Source: Eledone cirrhosa
Taxonomy: Eukaryota
NCBI GenBank assembly: GCA_964016885.1
Contig: OZ024743.1
Location: 190,030,001 to 190,094,000, forward strand
Reading direction: 5' to 3'
Length of the DNA: 64,000 nt
Shown: one piece after another, positions 22,341 through 35,000 of the stretch
How the letters are laid out: each line of letters opens with the position of its first letter
How positions within the stretch are numbered: the stretch's first letter is position 1
The notes under the pieces: model-generated
Told to the model about the DNA's origin: nothing
What the model saw: the letters and a program-made list of their open reading frames with translations, nothing else
Database searches by the model: none
Program-made: the position numbers and the translations under genes

Positions 22341-24132
22341 TTGTTGTCTTGCTTCCCATGTTATTTAAAAAAATCTCATACAACAAAACAGTAGATCTTC
22401 CAAACTACTCAATTAGCTTGAATACAATGGTATCCCAATTTTTTCCTGATGTTATTATAAATACTGCTCTTGAATACAAGTAGTTATAAAGAACCACAAC
22501 TTTTAAACTTTCTTCAGTTAATATAACTCCTATTATGTAATGAAATAATCTGAGCAAACAAAATTGCAATGAGAACAGAGAAAACCTATAAATAAAGGAG
22601 TTGCAAAAAAATGTAGAATCCCATTGTATATGAAATAATGCTTTATGAAATGTATGGTAGTTAGTTAAAATATGTGGTACCTTTCTCACTCATAATGTTT
22701 TTATTCATATAAGAGCACTAAAATTATTGGAAAACAATTAAACTTAAGATCACTAAAAAGGTTAGACAAAATTATTATTGGCCAAATGCAGTATACTTAA
22801 ACCAATCATTTAAATTTACTAACTTGAAAGAAGACGAACTCATAACATATTACACAACTAATTAGGGAAAATAACTAAATCTATCCTACACTATATAGCA
22901 AAGCAGATATAATGTATGGAAAATACATTTTTTCAATATTTTTAAAGTGTATTTTCATATGAGATGGGATAGTTATTAAAGACTCCTAAATATTTTGCAA
23001 AAAGGGCAAATTATAATTAAATGTGGTTAAATAATTGTTTATAATTTTTTGTGGGGTGATTTGACTTGATAAGAATTGTAATAGAATAAGGTGTTAAAGT
23101 AACATTAATAGTGCTTTATTAATGAGCAGTTCATTATCTTATACAATCTAACATACCGATATTTTTGTAAGTGAACTAAGAAAATGATTTGTTTGCTTAA
23201 TTCTATTGTTTAATGTTTTGCTTAATGCCAATATATGCAGCCTAAGCAACTACAGTTCACTTAACTTACAATAGTACTTCGAGCTTTAAATCATTTCCCC
23301 CAAAACATAAAGTTAGCTTAAACCCTTTAAACATATACAGTGATTTATTGACTATGACCGAGTAATACCCAAAATGAAAGTAGCTAACCTATTACTCAAC
23401 AAGTGTACTAGTTTATAAAAAAATAATTTAGTAACTGTCTGGTCAACAGAGGTCATGTTTTCTAGCACCTGCAAGTTCATTTGCTATGTACTATATAGAC
23501 ATTTAAATCTATGTATGTGGCAGGTAAACCTACCTCAGCAAAAACATTATGTTTTTAAAGAAATTTAGACAAAACTAGTGGTTAAAATCGCTTAAATCCT
23601 GGATTTTATGCTACATTAAAGATAAAAATCCTATGGCAAGATTGCCAACATAACGATGGTGTATACCGATTGTGTTGAATTTGTTTTTTATTCAAAGCGC
23701 TTCGTCTCTTAACACTAATCACAAGTTGTGAAGATTTATTTAAATTGTTAAATTTTATTTTGCTTCATTTCTACATAGGATTAAGAGCAAGAAAAAATTC
23801 ATATGGAAAATCTCAAACTTCAGATAAATAAAGACAATTTCTTTTTAAATAGGTAAATTTAAAACACTTCAAATTCATGGATGCAACGATAAAATGAAAG
23901 TAAATCTAATGTCTTAAAAACGAAATAATAGGTTCCTTCATGATATAAACTGAAAAATGAATAAATAATAAGGAAAATCATGAATTTTGAATCAATTTTT
24001 TTTTATTGGGGAAATTTATATAGACCACATGAAACTTGAACTGAGATGGCCTAGCGCAGTAATTGTCAACATAGACGCTACCATCCACTAGTTAGTGATT
24101 TGAGTTATTTGGTGAGACCTTGCTTGGGTAAA

Positions 24133-24360
24133 AAAAAAAAAGGAACGGTCGACTTTCGTCAAATCGGACTGAGGAAACAATGTTTCCATTGGTCTTTCCA
24201 ATTGCTAATACTATCTATCGGTTGCAACTCCAGGTATAAGGAGTAACGTGAAATAAAGTGTCTTGCTCAAGGATATAACACATCGCCCAGTCCGGGAATC
24301 GAACTCACAACCTCACAATTACGAATCCAATTCTCTAACCACTCAGCCACATGCCTTCAC
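24133..24360 (-). mobile_element. tRNA-derived SINE family B, full length
   Basis: Minus strand TGGCTGAGTGG (A box) and GAGTTCGATTCCC (B box), T-rich tail, TSD TTGCTTGGGTAAA (24120-24132 / 24361-24373). A partial copy lies at ~36420-36545. Confidence 0.9.
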
Positions 24361-24689
24361 TTGCTTGGGTAAATATCCCCTCAATTCTAGAGCCAGCTAG
24401 ATTCTCCAGAGTTGTTGGAAAGTGACTAGATGGTTTTATGCTATGTTCCTGGGTGAGGTAGATGTCTCTTGGGATTCCGCAGTCAGTGACTCTTTTACGC
24501 CTTCCAGCATCCTGGATGCTGCTGTAAATTTGAGGGTTACTGCTTCTGTAGCCAAATGGAATAACATTCTAAAATACCGGGAACTATATTTTCAATCCTG
24601 TGAGGTTCGAGATGTTTGGGGGAGCTGGGCCGCTGACAATGAATTTCTTGTCATCGTTGGTGGCTTGACTTACCGAGATATCAGGTGAT

Positions 24690-24812
24690 GCCTGTGAGGG
24701 TGTTTAGTGGTTCCAGCACCTTAGGCTCGCTATCATCCGTGGTAACACTGCCTGAGTATTGGCTTACCTCAAAAAGTATTAGAGAGAGCTGTTGGCACCC
24801 CTTGTGGTGTGT
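24690..24812. repeat. Unclassified interspersed repeat
   Basis: Similar to ~29438-29553 (GGGTGTTT...TTCCAGCACCTTAG...CCTCA...ATTAGAG...ACCCCTTG). Confidence 0.6.
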
Positions 24813-25896
24813 AACCAATTGCCACACATAGTGTTGACTATATTTACATAATTAAGTTATAGAGATATATGTGTGCATGCGTTGATTTTTGAAAGTTATG
24901 GCAGTTGTGTTTATAATTTTAAGCTTTCTATATCGTAAGTATATTTGTTTGGGAAGAAATTATGTTTCACTGTTCATTAACATACAATGATTGAATCATA
25001 TTTGGCCCCTTCCTTAAATTCAGTAAGTAACTGCCTTTAAACCAAAACAGAACCCCATGTGTCCCCGAGAGCTTCGGTCTCTTCGTGCAGTGAAAATGTA
25101 AAATTGCAACATATGTTTTCTTTCAATATTGGTTTCTAAACTTAATTTTCCTTCAAGCCCTACATTCATTAAGTTTTATTTGCTTGGGGACCCTACCAGA
25201 TCAATTGAAGGCAGTTGCTTCTGACAGGACTCACCCCCACTAACCTCCCAGGAATCCGTGGGCGAAGAAGAATTCATACCATTTGAGAACTTTTGATACT
25301 ACCTTCTATCAAAGATGTTTTCAAAAGGATGAGCCCTCATGACCCATGGAAGCTGTAAAAATACTACTCCTTCTCAATGATAACTTAGTAAAGTAATGCA
25401 CAATCTAAATGGCAGTGAATGTTGAAGAAAAACTTGTTACCCTTTAAACATGGTAATTTTCTTTACAGTAAGACAAGTTTACTATTGTAATCAACTCTGC
25501 TTTGTAAATGGCATATGTACAGTATTTTGACATAATGCAAGAAGTTGCATTATTTACTGTAATTCAGGTTACAGACACAAACATAATATCAATAGTCACC
25601 ACTGTAAAATCATATTTTAGTAAAACTCATATATCAGGCTTGTCAAGCTTTATATATTTTACAAGTTCTCCCTTATTTACGATACTTTGTGTTTCACACC
25701 ATGATGTTTGATTGGGACGTTCTTCTAACTTATTCTAAATCTGTAATAAAGAGTTTTTGTTAGCCTATATTAATGAAATGTGTTATATTGAAGAACTTAA
25801 GAAAACAAACATTTTATTGTACATATATATCATTCTTATCACTATAGAAGTATTTTTTATCAACTGATCTGCCATACAAGCCTACCAAAATTATGT

Positions 25897-26260
25897 GTGA
25901 AAAAGCAAAGAAAGAAATATGTCAATGCCTATTCATACAAGTATTTGAAGTGCGGTTTTATTGAATCTATTATGAATTCTTTTGTGTTTAATGTTTCAAA
26001 AGACATCTTCAGACGAGGTGATGATGCTCAGTTGATTAATAGAGAAACCCGTTTAATATTTTCAAGAAATGCACGAAAGATTTTAAAAGAATTTCACCAT
26101 TTAAACAACGAAGATACATGAACTGCAACTTATCACAACTGGGTTATTGCTTCAAACAAATTCCACTTCTTTATCTATTTTACGACCAAACCAAAGACCA
26201 TTTAAGCAGAAACCAAAGTCGAATAGATAATTTCTAATGGTCTTATGTAAGAATCCAAGC
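25897..26260 (+). pseudogene. Possible decayed hAT (Charlie/Buster-like) transposase N-terminus
   Basis: KKYVNAYSYKYLKCGFI followed in another frame by LCLMFQK, resembling KK.RQYS.EYL.FGF...P.C..C of BED-finger hAT transposases. Confidence 0.4.
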
Positions 26261-28334
26261 ATTTATTATAATGTTAAAATCAATACTGTAAATACAACAT
26301 ATATATATATATACTCATTTGACACCCAAAGAAAATCCTCTCATCAGCATGGATGTCTTCTTTGGGATTATAACTAAATCCACAATGAACAGATTATTCA
26401 ATGAATGAAATATTTCAGATTTGAATGTTTTTTAAAACACTTTATACATTTTACATTCATTTCCATATTTCTAATAAAAAGTAATATCTATAATTTTCAA
26501 ATAATTTTGAAAACAATCAAACGTTTGAGGGGATTTATTTATATAACTTTCTCAGCTTAATAATTGTGGTGTGGAAAATAAATTTTCTTACATACAATTA
26601 TGATGGAAGTTTTTAGATAAATATAAAAACATTTGTTATATAAACATATTACAATGCTCACATCAGCTATAAATTGCACCCATTATTCTAGGGTTAAGAA
26701 ATATTTATTAGAAATGTCTATTATACACCCTAACTTTCAGTAATATATAAACTTACTCAAAAGTAGTAAAAACTATTAAAAATCTATATTAAGTCATGCT
26801 TTTTTTCACAGAATTTACTGAGTTTTCCAGCATTTCAGCAAGGTACTTCCAGCATTTTCATTCACCATGAACAATATTCTCACATGTACTGCTATTGTGT
26901 CTTTGTTGCGTATTTGAAGGCAGAAGTCAAAATGTGTTATGCATTCACTGTATGGTTCGTAGAAAACACTGTTGGAAAATTAAGTGAAAGACTGCATAAA
27001 TCTATAAATAAAATATAACCAACCCACCACAATATTCACATGTTTCAAATAATGTGCCACAACAATAATAAGCAGTTTATTGGACTGTTCATGCATGCTG
27101 TATTTGTCGATTTAAAAATGAAAACGAGAACGAAGTTGTTCTGTGAATAACTAAAAACAATAAACCACAACACTTTTTTATTTGGTAGGCATTTTCAAGA
27201 AGTTTAACAAGACAAACTTACAGCGTTTAAGGGGTTAAGACAACACTAATAAGCTGATATACTATAGTTTCCTTGTTCACTGACAAGTTTGATCACTTCG
27301 AGTATAATATTCTAAAGAGAGACTTTCTCCTTTTTCCAGAACTGTTTTCAATTAAAGATAATATAGCTGTTGAGGATGTGGAAAGTTTCAGCTGTTAACC
27401 CAATCAACTTAAATTAGTGGCATTCTAAATATGAGTGTACTTGACTGGCTAGTGGTTCCTTTTGGTGTAAATTATGTAACATGCCAAGAACATATAGAAC
27501 ATATAAAACCAACAAAGATATCTTTAACAGTGGCAGTCCAAAAGAATGTTTGCTTCATACCTTGGGAAATCTGGCTTTAGTACAGTGAATTATTCTTACA
27601 AAAGAGAGAAATTGTTTGAAATTTTCTTAACACAACTCAAACTGGACTGGATATTGAAATGTAAATTTTCTCAGCACCAGGTCCAAGGATCTTACATAGT
27701 AAGGTAAGCACAATTTCGACCTATCTTCTTTAATTCATGCACAGAAAGTATTTTATGCTGCAAATCAATCTCACTGTCGTTACTGGCTTTGACATCAGAC
27801 ATAAAGGGCAGTAGCGAAACTGATGTGAAACAAACTTCATAATATGAAATTTTAAAAGAAAATGTAAAATGTTATGAATAAACAAGACAAAATATAGATT
27901 TTAAATGCAGAAGTAAAATTCGTTCACAGATGAAATAGGTTTTGCAAACATTCATTCATAGCTGTAAAACCTATTGTTTTATATATTTTCATGCAGATAC
28001 TATGTAAACAGAGCCAGTGGTGCCATTCTGTCGCCGAGTGCAAATAAAGGCCTTATTAGGATATCGATATTGTCACATCATTCCAGTAGTTGATGCTTAA
28101 CACTTAACTAACCTGGTTAGGATTGTTGCAGTGACCAGGTATAGCCATGTTGGCTAACATGCATCGAGTTGCAAGCTATGAAATAACTACATCTCTTGAT
28201 TTTGTAGCTGGGAATATTTCAACTGTCATAAATACAGCACATAATATATCACTTTAAAGCACAATGAAATGAGGCATCTTTGGAATTGGCATAATGATGA
28301 TACATGCTTCAGAAATGTATGGGGTGATATAATG

Positions 28335-28560
28335 GTTTCTGATTTAGGCACAAGGCCAACAATTATTTTTGGGGTGGGTGGGTGGGGGATCGACTAAATC
28401 TACCTAAGTGTGTTACTGGTACTTTATTTTATTGACCCCGTAATAATGAAAAGCAAAGCTAACATTGGCAGGTTTTGCATGCAGAATGTAAAAAGCCATA
28501 ACCAAATACTACAAATCATTTTGTCTGGCACTCTAACCATGCTGTCATTCCCCCACCATT
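28335..28560 (-). mobile_element. Degenerate SINE family A-like copy
   Basis: GGCACAAGGCCA...ACTGGTACTTTATTTTATTGACCCC matches the reverse complement of the family A body. Confidence 0.7.
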
Positions 28561-28929
28561 GTATGGTTATATAATAAGACCAGTTCAAGTAAGTTACTTT
28601 CACATGTTTTGCAACTAATATAGGGTTTAATATTTTTGTAATGTGTAATTTAGATTAAAATAAATTGGAAACGTGAAATTTTTCCTCTCACAAATGTGGC
28701 AAAAGTGGGCACTGGTTATGAAAATCTTAATGAACACTACCCTATTGGGTTATAAGAAGACAAAGATAAAATAAGATTGATACAAAGTAAACAAATCAGA
28801 AAGCTTTGTCCAAATAGATGTCAACAAAGAGAAAGCAGCCAAACATTTACAATATTTAAAGATTGTGTACTTTCTTTCTCACATGTGTTTTTATTTAAAT
28901 ATTCCACATTGTAAGATGATAGGGCTAAT

Positions 28930-29155
28930 GCCACAAAAAGGCATCCAGTCTAACCTGTAAGGTGATGGTGCCATATATATGGAGAAATGCTCCAAGTAGT
29001 GTTGGTATCAGGAATGGCATCTTATTGTAGAGACCAAGCTAAAAACATATCATATGAGCAAATGTGGTTACCTAAATAATCTGGACTTAATATGTGACAA
29101 CCCATCTAACCCATGCAAGCATGGAAAATAGATATTAATCAGTGATGATGATGAT
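28930..29155 (+). mobile_element. RTE 3' UTR and tail remnant
   Basis: CAGGAATGGCATC, AACCCATGCAAGCATGGAA and a (GAT)n tail, as in 16600-16776. Confidence 0.7.
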
Positions 29156-29741
29156 TCTCAATGCATGTATACATTTGTGCTTATTATTTTATAAATAATG
29201 TATAATTACAATTAAAACATAATTGCACACAGCTATAAGTAAATGCATTTGAGTGTTACACCCAAGTGTCCTGCTATTTTAAATGGGATAAGATTTTAGA
29301 GCAATTACTCACTAAGAGATAAAACCTTATAATTTTGAAACTGGAGCTTAACATAGTGTGAGTCTATGTGAATACTAATCAGCTTCCATGTATTTTGATT
29401 TTTAGCATAAATGTTGGGGTAGCATTTGATGTCCAAAAGGGTGTTTGGTTATTCCAGCACCTTAGTCTTGTTATCACCCATGCCAATATGCTGAAACTGT
29501 TTTGACTTGCCTCACAAATTATTAGAGGGAAACTCCAGTACCCCTTGTTGTGGTATATATATATAATATTAAGGATACTATTTATAGTTATGTATGTATA
29601 TTCTATACTATAAACAGGGAAGGTCAGTAATTTATTACTACCTTATTACCAGTAAGAGAAATAGCTCAATGTAAGAACATCAGTTGTTATACAGAGCAGT
29701 TATATAGATTACATAAGTATCAAAGTTATGTTTAAAACATT

Positions 29742-29795
29742 TAATCGCTGACAATTGTTTCTTCCAAACTTAGGCTTGGAGTCCTCGGAGCATTA
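29742..29795 (-). ncRNA. Minimal type-I hammerhead motif (CCGAGGA core)
   Basis: Reverse complement of 30912-30965. Confidence 0.65.
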
Positions 29796-30911
29796 TCAAT
29801 GTTTGTACATATAATTAACCTCCTATTCAACTGAAGAATCATACAGATACATATATATTGATGTTGTGGACAACAGTTTCATGTTTACAGTGTGGAATGG
29901 ATGCGACATATATTATACGAGAATTGTACAATAATTCAAATTAAGATTAAAATAAAAATAAATAAAATTAAAATTAAAATTAAAAGCATAGGGTGGAATA
30001 CATGCGTAAGATAATACAGATAATACAAGAGAATAGTCTAATAATTAAATTAGAGAGATAGTACATGCGTTAGTCATATATAAAGGAATCGAACAAGCAA
30101 ATGTATCATGCATATATGAGTTCTGTTTGGTTGCCATACAGTACTCATATATGCATGATATTACTGCTCTGATACTTGTGTAATCTATATTACTGCTCTG
30201 TAAAACAACTGATGTTCTTAATTCCATATCCAGAAGTGGATATGGAATTAAGGGGAGCTAATTCGTAAGGGGAGTTAACTAGTTCATTATAATAATTAAA
30301 TTTCTTGCTCTAATAGACATTATATAGTGCCTAATTTAATTATTAGACTATTTATTGAACATTCTCGCAGTTAAACAACTCTAATCCATAAATATAGATT
30401 AAATAACACTAAGTTACAATCCATTACTATAACAAACATTCAATACAAATATATCTTAACTTATGTATTGGATGTGAAATCTGTAAGTTTCATATTCTAC
30501 ACACATACAAATTTGAACTATACAGAACATATCCTTGCATTGCATCCACCATAATACACTAACATATTTGCTTAAAGTGCTTGTATTTTATGTAATACCC
30601 TGCCATACAGTACTCATATATGCATGATACATTTGCTTGTTTCATTCCTTTATATATGACTAACGCATATACTATCTCTCTAATTTAATTATTAGACTAT
30701 TCTCTTGTATTATCTGACGCATGTATTCCCCCTATGCTTTTAATTTTAATTTTAATCTTAATTTTAATTAATGTACAATTCTCGTATAATATAATATATG
30801 TCGCATCCATTCCACCCTGTAAACATGAAACTGTTGTCCACAACATCAATATATATGTATCTGTATGATTCTTCAGTTGAATAGGAGGTTAATTATATGT
30901 ACAAACATTGA

Positions 30912-30965
30912 TAATGCTCCGAGGACTCCAAGCCTAAGTTTGGAAGAAACAATTGTCAGCGATTA
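30912..30965 (+). ncRNA. Minimal type-I hammerhead motif (CCGAGGA core)
   Basis: TAATGCT-CCGAGGA-cTCCAAgcctaagtTTGGAa-GAAAC-AATT-GTC-AGCgATTA. Confidence 0.65.
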
Positions 30966-31813
30966 AATGTTTTAAACATAACTTTGATACTTATGTAATC
31001 TATATAGATATATATATGACTGAGTGTGAAAGTTCTCTTTTTTTTTTTTTACGAGATATCTCTAGCAAGAAGTTTTAATGATATATTTCACCAACTGGTT
31101 CAGGTAACATAAAGAAATTAAATTGAATAAGCTATCACTTTAGTAGCCACTCAGTTATCTACACTAACAAACTTTTTCTATGTTTCCTTTAGTGAGTTAA
31201 TATCACTCTCACACATTAGCATGAGTATTATGCCACAATTTGAGATTCGGCAGCTAGAATTTTATTAAATTATAGAGAACTGAAATGACTGAAATTATAA
31301 GATGGAGGCCAACAGTTTGTATCCTATCAGTGCCACTACATTGTGTTCATGACTATGATACTTAATCATTAACATGAATATGTGAGAGTCCCAAACGCAG
31401 AAAAATAATTGCAATAAGTCAACCACTATAATTAATCATTGAGAAAATTGAATAAATGACCCTTGGAGATGGAAAAAATTGGGTAGAAGTGCCACACATT
31501 TCTCAACTTTTTTCAATATCTAAGATTAATTTGCCCAATTTTCTCAACTATTATTTATAGTGGCCAACTATATTTATTTTCTTCATCGGGGACTATCACA
31601 TTTTCAAATTTCAAACACTTCTAGTGCTTTGATGATTCATAAGGTTGAATTATTTTAATTATTAATGTTTTAGTCCATTTAACCATAAGTGAATACTTAT
31701 AAAATCAATTAACGATTTGTCAACCCCTAAGAGCAATTCTGATTTTCTTCAAGATTTGTGCTATGTTAGGCAAATTGAAAATGGCCCAACTTTAAATTGT
31801 CACATCATAAACT

Positions 31814-32003
31814 CATTGTTTCTACTTTTGGTACAAGGCCAGCAATTATCCCAGTGTATTACTGGTACTTTATTTTATCGACCCTGTAAGGATGAAAGGC
31901 AAAGTTAACCTCGGCGGGATTTGAACTCAGACCATAAAGGGCCGTAACTCTGCTGCAAAGCATGGCGTTCGACCCTCTACCGATACTGCCAATCCACCAC
32001 CCT
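31814..32003 (-). mobile_element. SINE family A, full length
   Basis: Reverse complement of 22150-22340, with flanking AAACTCAT repeated on both sides. Confidence 0.9.
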
Positions 32004-35000
32004 TAAAACTCATAAAATAATGGCATCAAATACGTATATTTACCTATTGAATATGAAGACTGCTCATATTTCTTCAATAAACTAAGTTAGAACCTTTTTT
32101 GTGAGATACAAAACTCATAAAGATAATTCTATTTAAAATTCAATAAGAACTATCAGAATATAAATAGTCATAGAAGCACTCTTGATGAGATCAATTCTGT
32201 CTTCTTTCAGGACAAAAATTGTGAGCTTATAGATCAGCTCAGTTGTGTTATAAAGGTTAATTTGATTTAAATAAAATAAGTTCTTCCAAAATAAAATTTC
32301 AATTCAGAAAATCTCACAGTATGTGATTTTATTAGACTGCATAAAATGAACTTATGTTCCTAGCTTGTTGGTGAATTAGAATATTCTACAAGGTTAATTG
32401 TTCAGAAGTAAAATGTATGAAAAAATTCTTATTAGAAAATACATATACATACATTTTTATCAATAGAATTTTCTGGGGGAACTTAAGTGGTAATTAATCT
32501 TATTGTAATAATTTACAGAAAAATATAACAAAATCATTTAAAATATATACATGCAGAAAAAAATAAAACATAAAGGAAATATATTTAATAAATTAAATGT
32601 GTAAAAGAAAACTAACATTTGATTGATTTATTGATTCATGTATTAATAATATAGAAAGAAAATAATATCGATAGAAATACTCATAAAGGTAAAAGTGACA
32701 AAAATGAATACTCTTTATCACTATATTTATGAAATGATTTAACGTTATACTTTTCTAATAATTGTAGTGTTCTTAATTCAATAATAAGTTCTTTGGAATT
32801 GAAAGTATTGAAACCATCTCGTATATATTAATGTTCTGTTAATCATTATACAGAGGTGGGTTACAATTATTTTAGTCAACAGGTTTTCAGTCCCCCCCAA
32901 ACAATACATTCATACTCTATCATGTTTACTACAATATTTTTGCCTGCAATGCTTAAATATAATTGATCCTGCTCTTTTAATAAAGGCAAAGGCAACAGAT
33001 TTAAAGGAAATAATAGTGGATTAAATTGGCCCCACTACTTGATTAGTACTAATCTATTGATTTCAGTAAAAAAGGCAAAGTTAACCTCAGCAAGATAAAT
33101 TAGAAATTAGATCATAAAGAGTCAGAATATACATGTTACAGCATTTTTCATATCCACAGACATTTCTGTCCACCCACAACAACAGAATCATCATCATCAT
33201 CCCCATATAATAGGTTAGAGTGGTTGTCATGTGTTGAGGCCAGACCAGTCAGGCAACCATGTCCTGCCCATATGCTCTGTTTTGGCTAAGTGGGAAGGCA
33301 GTGCAGTCTATACCCTAGCTGCAGGAATGGGGAACCAACTCACAATAGGAAAAGAAGGCACCAAGTCCATGAGGGGAGTCTAGGAGCATTGTGAGGTGTG
33401 CCTTACTTTCAATGTTAGCCTGGGCTGAATGGATTTTGTAGTAAGATGAATTATTGAATGTTCATCCTAACTGTCCATGCTAGAGGGCAATAACAAATAG
33501 GAGAGCTGAACACAGAGCCTTGGTATACCCCCAATCACCAATTCGTCACTAAATTCATTGTTGACATTAACCTTATTGACTGCACATATGTACATGGCTT
33601 GCACCATCCTTACAATATCAATGATATCAATAGAAATAATTATATCTCAGCAGATAATCTTTGTAAATTAGCACCTTTGTAAATTAGCACCTTGAACAAA
33701 TATAAAACTGTATTTTTGCTGCAAAGACAACAATTTTATAGAATTTACAGATAAGAGGTGATTACAGTGTTATGCAGCTTAGTTATGAAGGTAACAGTAT
33801 AGCTACTTTTTAAGTTACAATATCAAGTTCATAGGTTGTATGCTATTACTACATAAGTTATTTAATCTGATCATTGCAGTCCACTTTGCTGTGGGTATAT
33901 ATACTTTACAGTCACAGCTTGATGCTGAAAACAACTGAGCAATGTATAATTAATGAGTGTTGAGTTTGCTGTGCGGTCTGAAGCATTTTTCTGCTTACAG
34001 AAAAATAGAACGACTCTTCCTTGAATATAGACTAAAGTCTTCAATTAGAAGACTAATTAAATAAGAAAAAGTGCTGAAATGAAATTTCATTAATGAAATA
34101 TTATGAAGAAGATATGTGGTTCATATAAAAGCTTTTTTAAAATTTAGAGTTAAAATTCTTTAAGAAATTTAATCTTTAGAAAAAAAGAGTGCAATTTTCA
34201 TAAGCTTAGAGACCTACATCATTGATAAAAAAAATTACAAATAGATTTCCATTTCAAATAAGGAATTCTGTTTTTAACATTTCAATATTGGTGAATAAAT
34301 ACAAATAAATTTTTAGTACAGATATCTAACATTAGCAGAAGGCCACACATTCCTGCACGAGAGAGCATATAGCTGATTCAATCAACATATACATTATAGC
34401 AAATATGAATTTTTGTTAACTAGTAAAATATTATTTCAAACAGAGGCACAATTCTACATATTTTGTACATTTCTTTAGAAACACAAAATCTACCAACATC
34501 ATCATAGTTTAACATTGCTTTCCATGCTAGTATTTGTGATATATAATAAAAATAATTTGGCTGCATTTTCTAGTATTCAATTTACTATATATATGTTCTT
34601 TTGTTAGATTGTCTGCCTATGGAATCTGAAAGTGGCCACAATGGAGACAGAAAAGGGGGAATTTGTACCATTTATGATTGTGTTATTTAACCAAATAATT
34701 TTGTTTGTTTATTTTCAACTAATTTCACAGTTGGTGCATTTAAGGAAATCCTTTCATTCGATTGATTTGTTTTTTTACTTAATTCCATTATTCAACTGTG
34801 ACCATGCTGAAGGACCACTTTCAAAGATTTTAGTCAATTATATTGACCCAGTCTTTGACTTGTACTTTATTCTTTTGAAGTCATAAAGTATGGAAAGGCA
34901 AGTTCACTTAGCTGTAAAGGACATGTTTCAAGCCAAATTAAAATACTGCAAGCTATTTTTGTTTAGTATACTAATCTTTGTACATCTCATGTTGAGACAC

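Larger units (their letters stand above)
29560..31010 (-). mobile_element. Penelope-like non-coding remnant with ~420-bp inverted pseudo-LTR arms
   Basis: ~29701-30120 is inverted against ~30610-31005, with a hammerhead motif in each arm. Same family as 490-830; TA flanks. Confidence 0.85.

Noticed and set aside
27559-27750. Possible minus-strand exon with LRR-like words (IGRNCAYL)
   Set aside because: In-frame stops in the frames I translated; the similarity is too weak.
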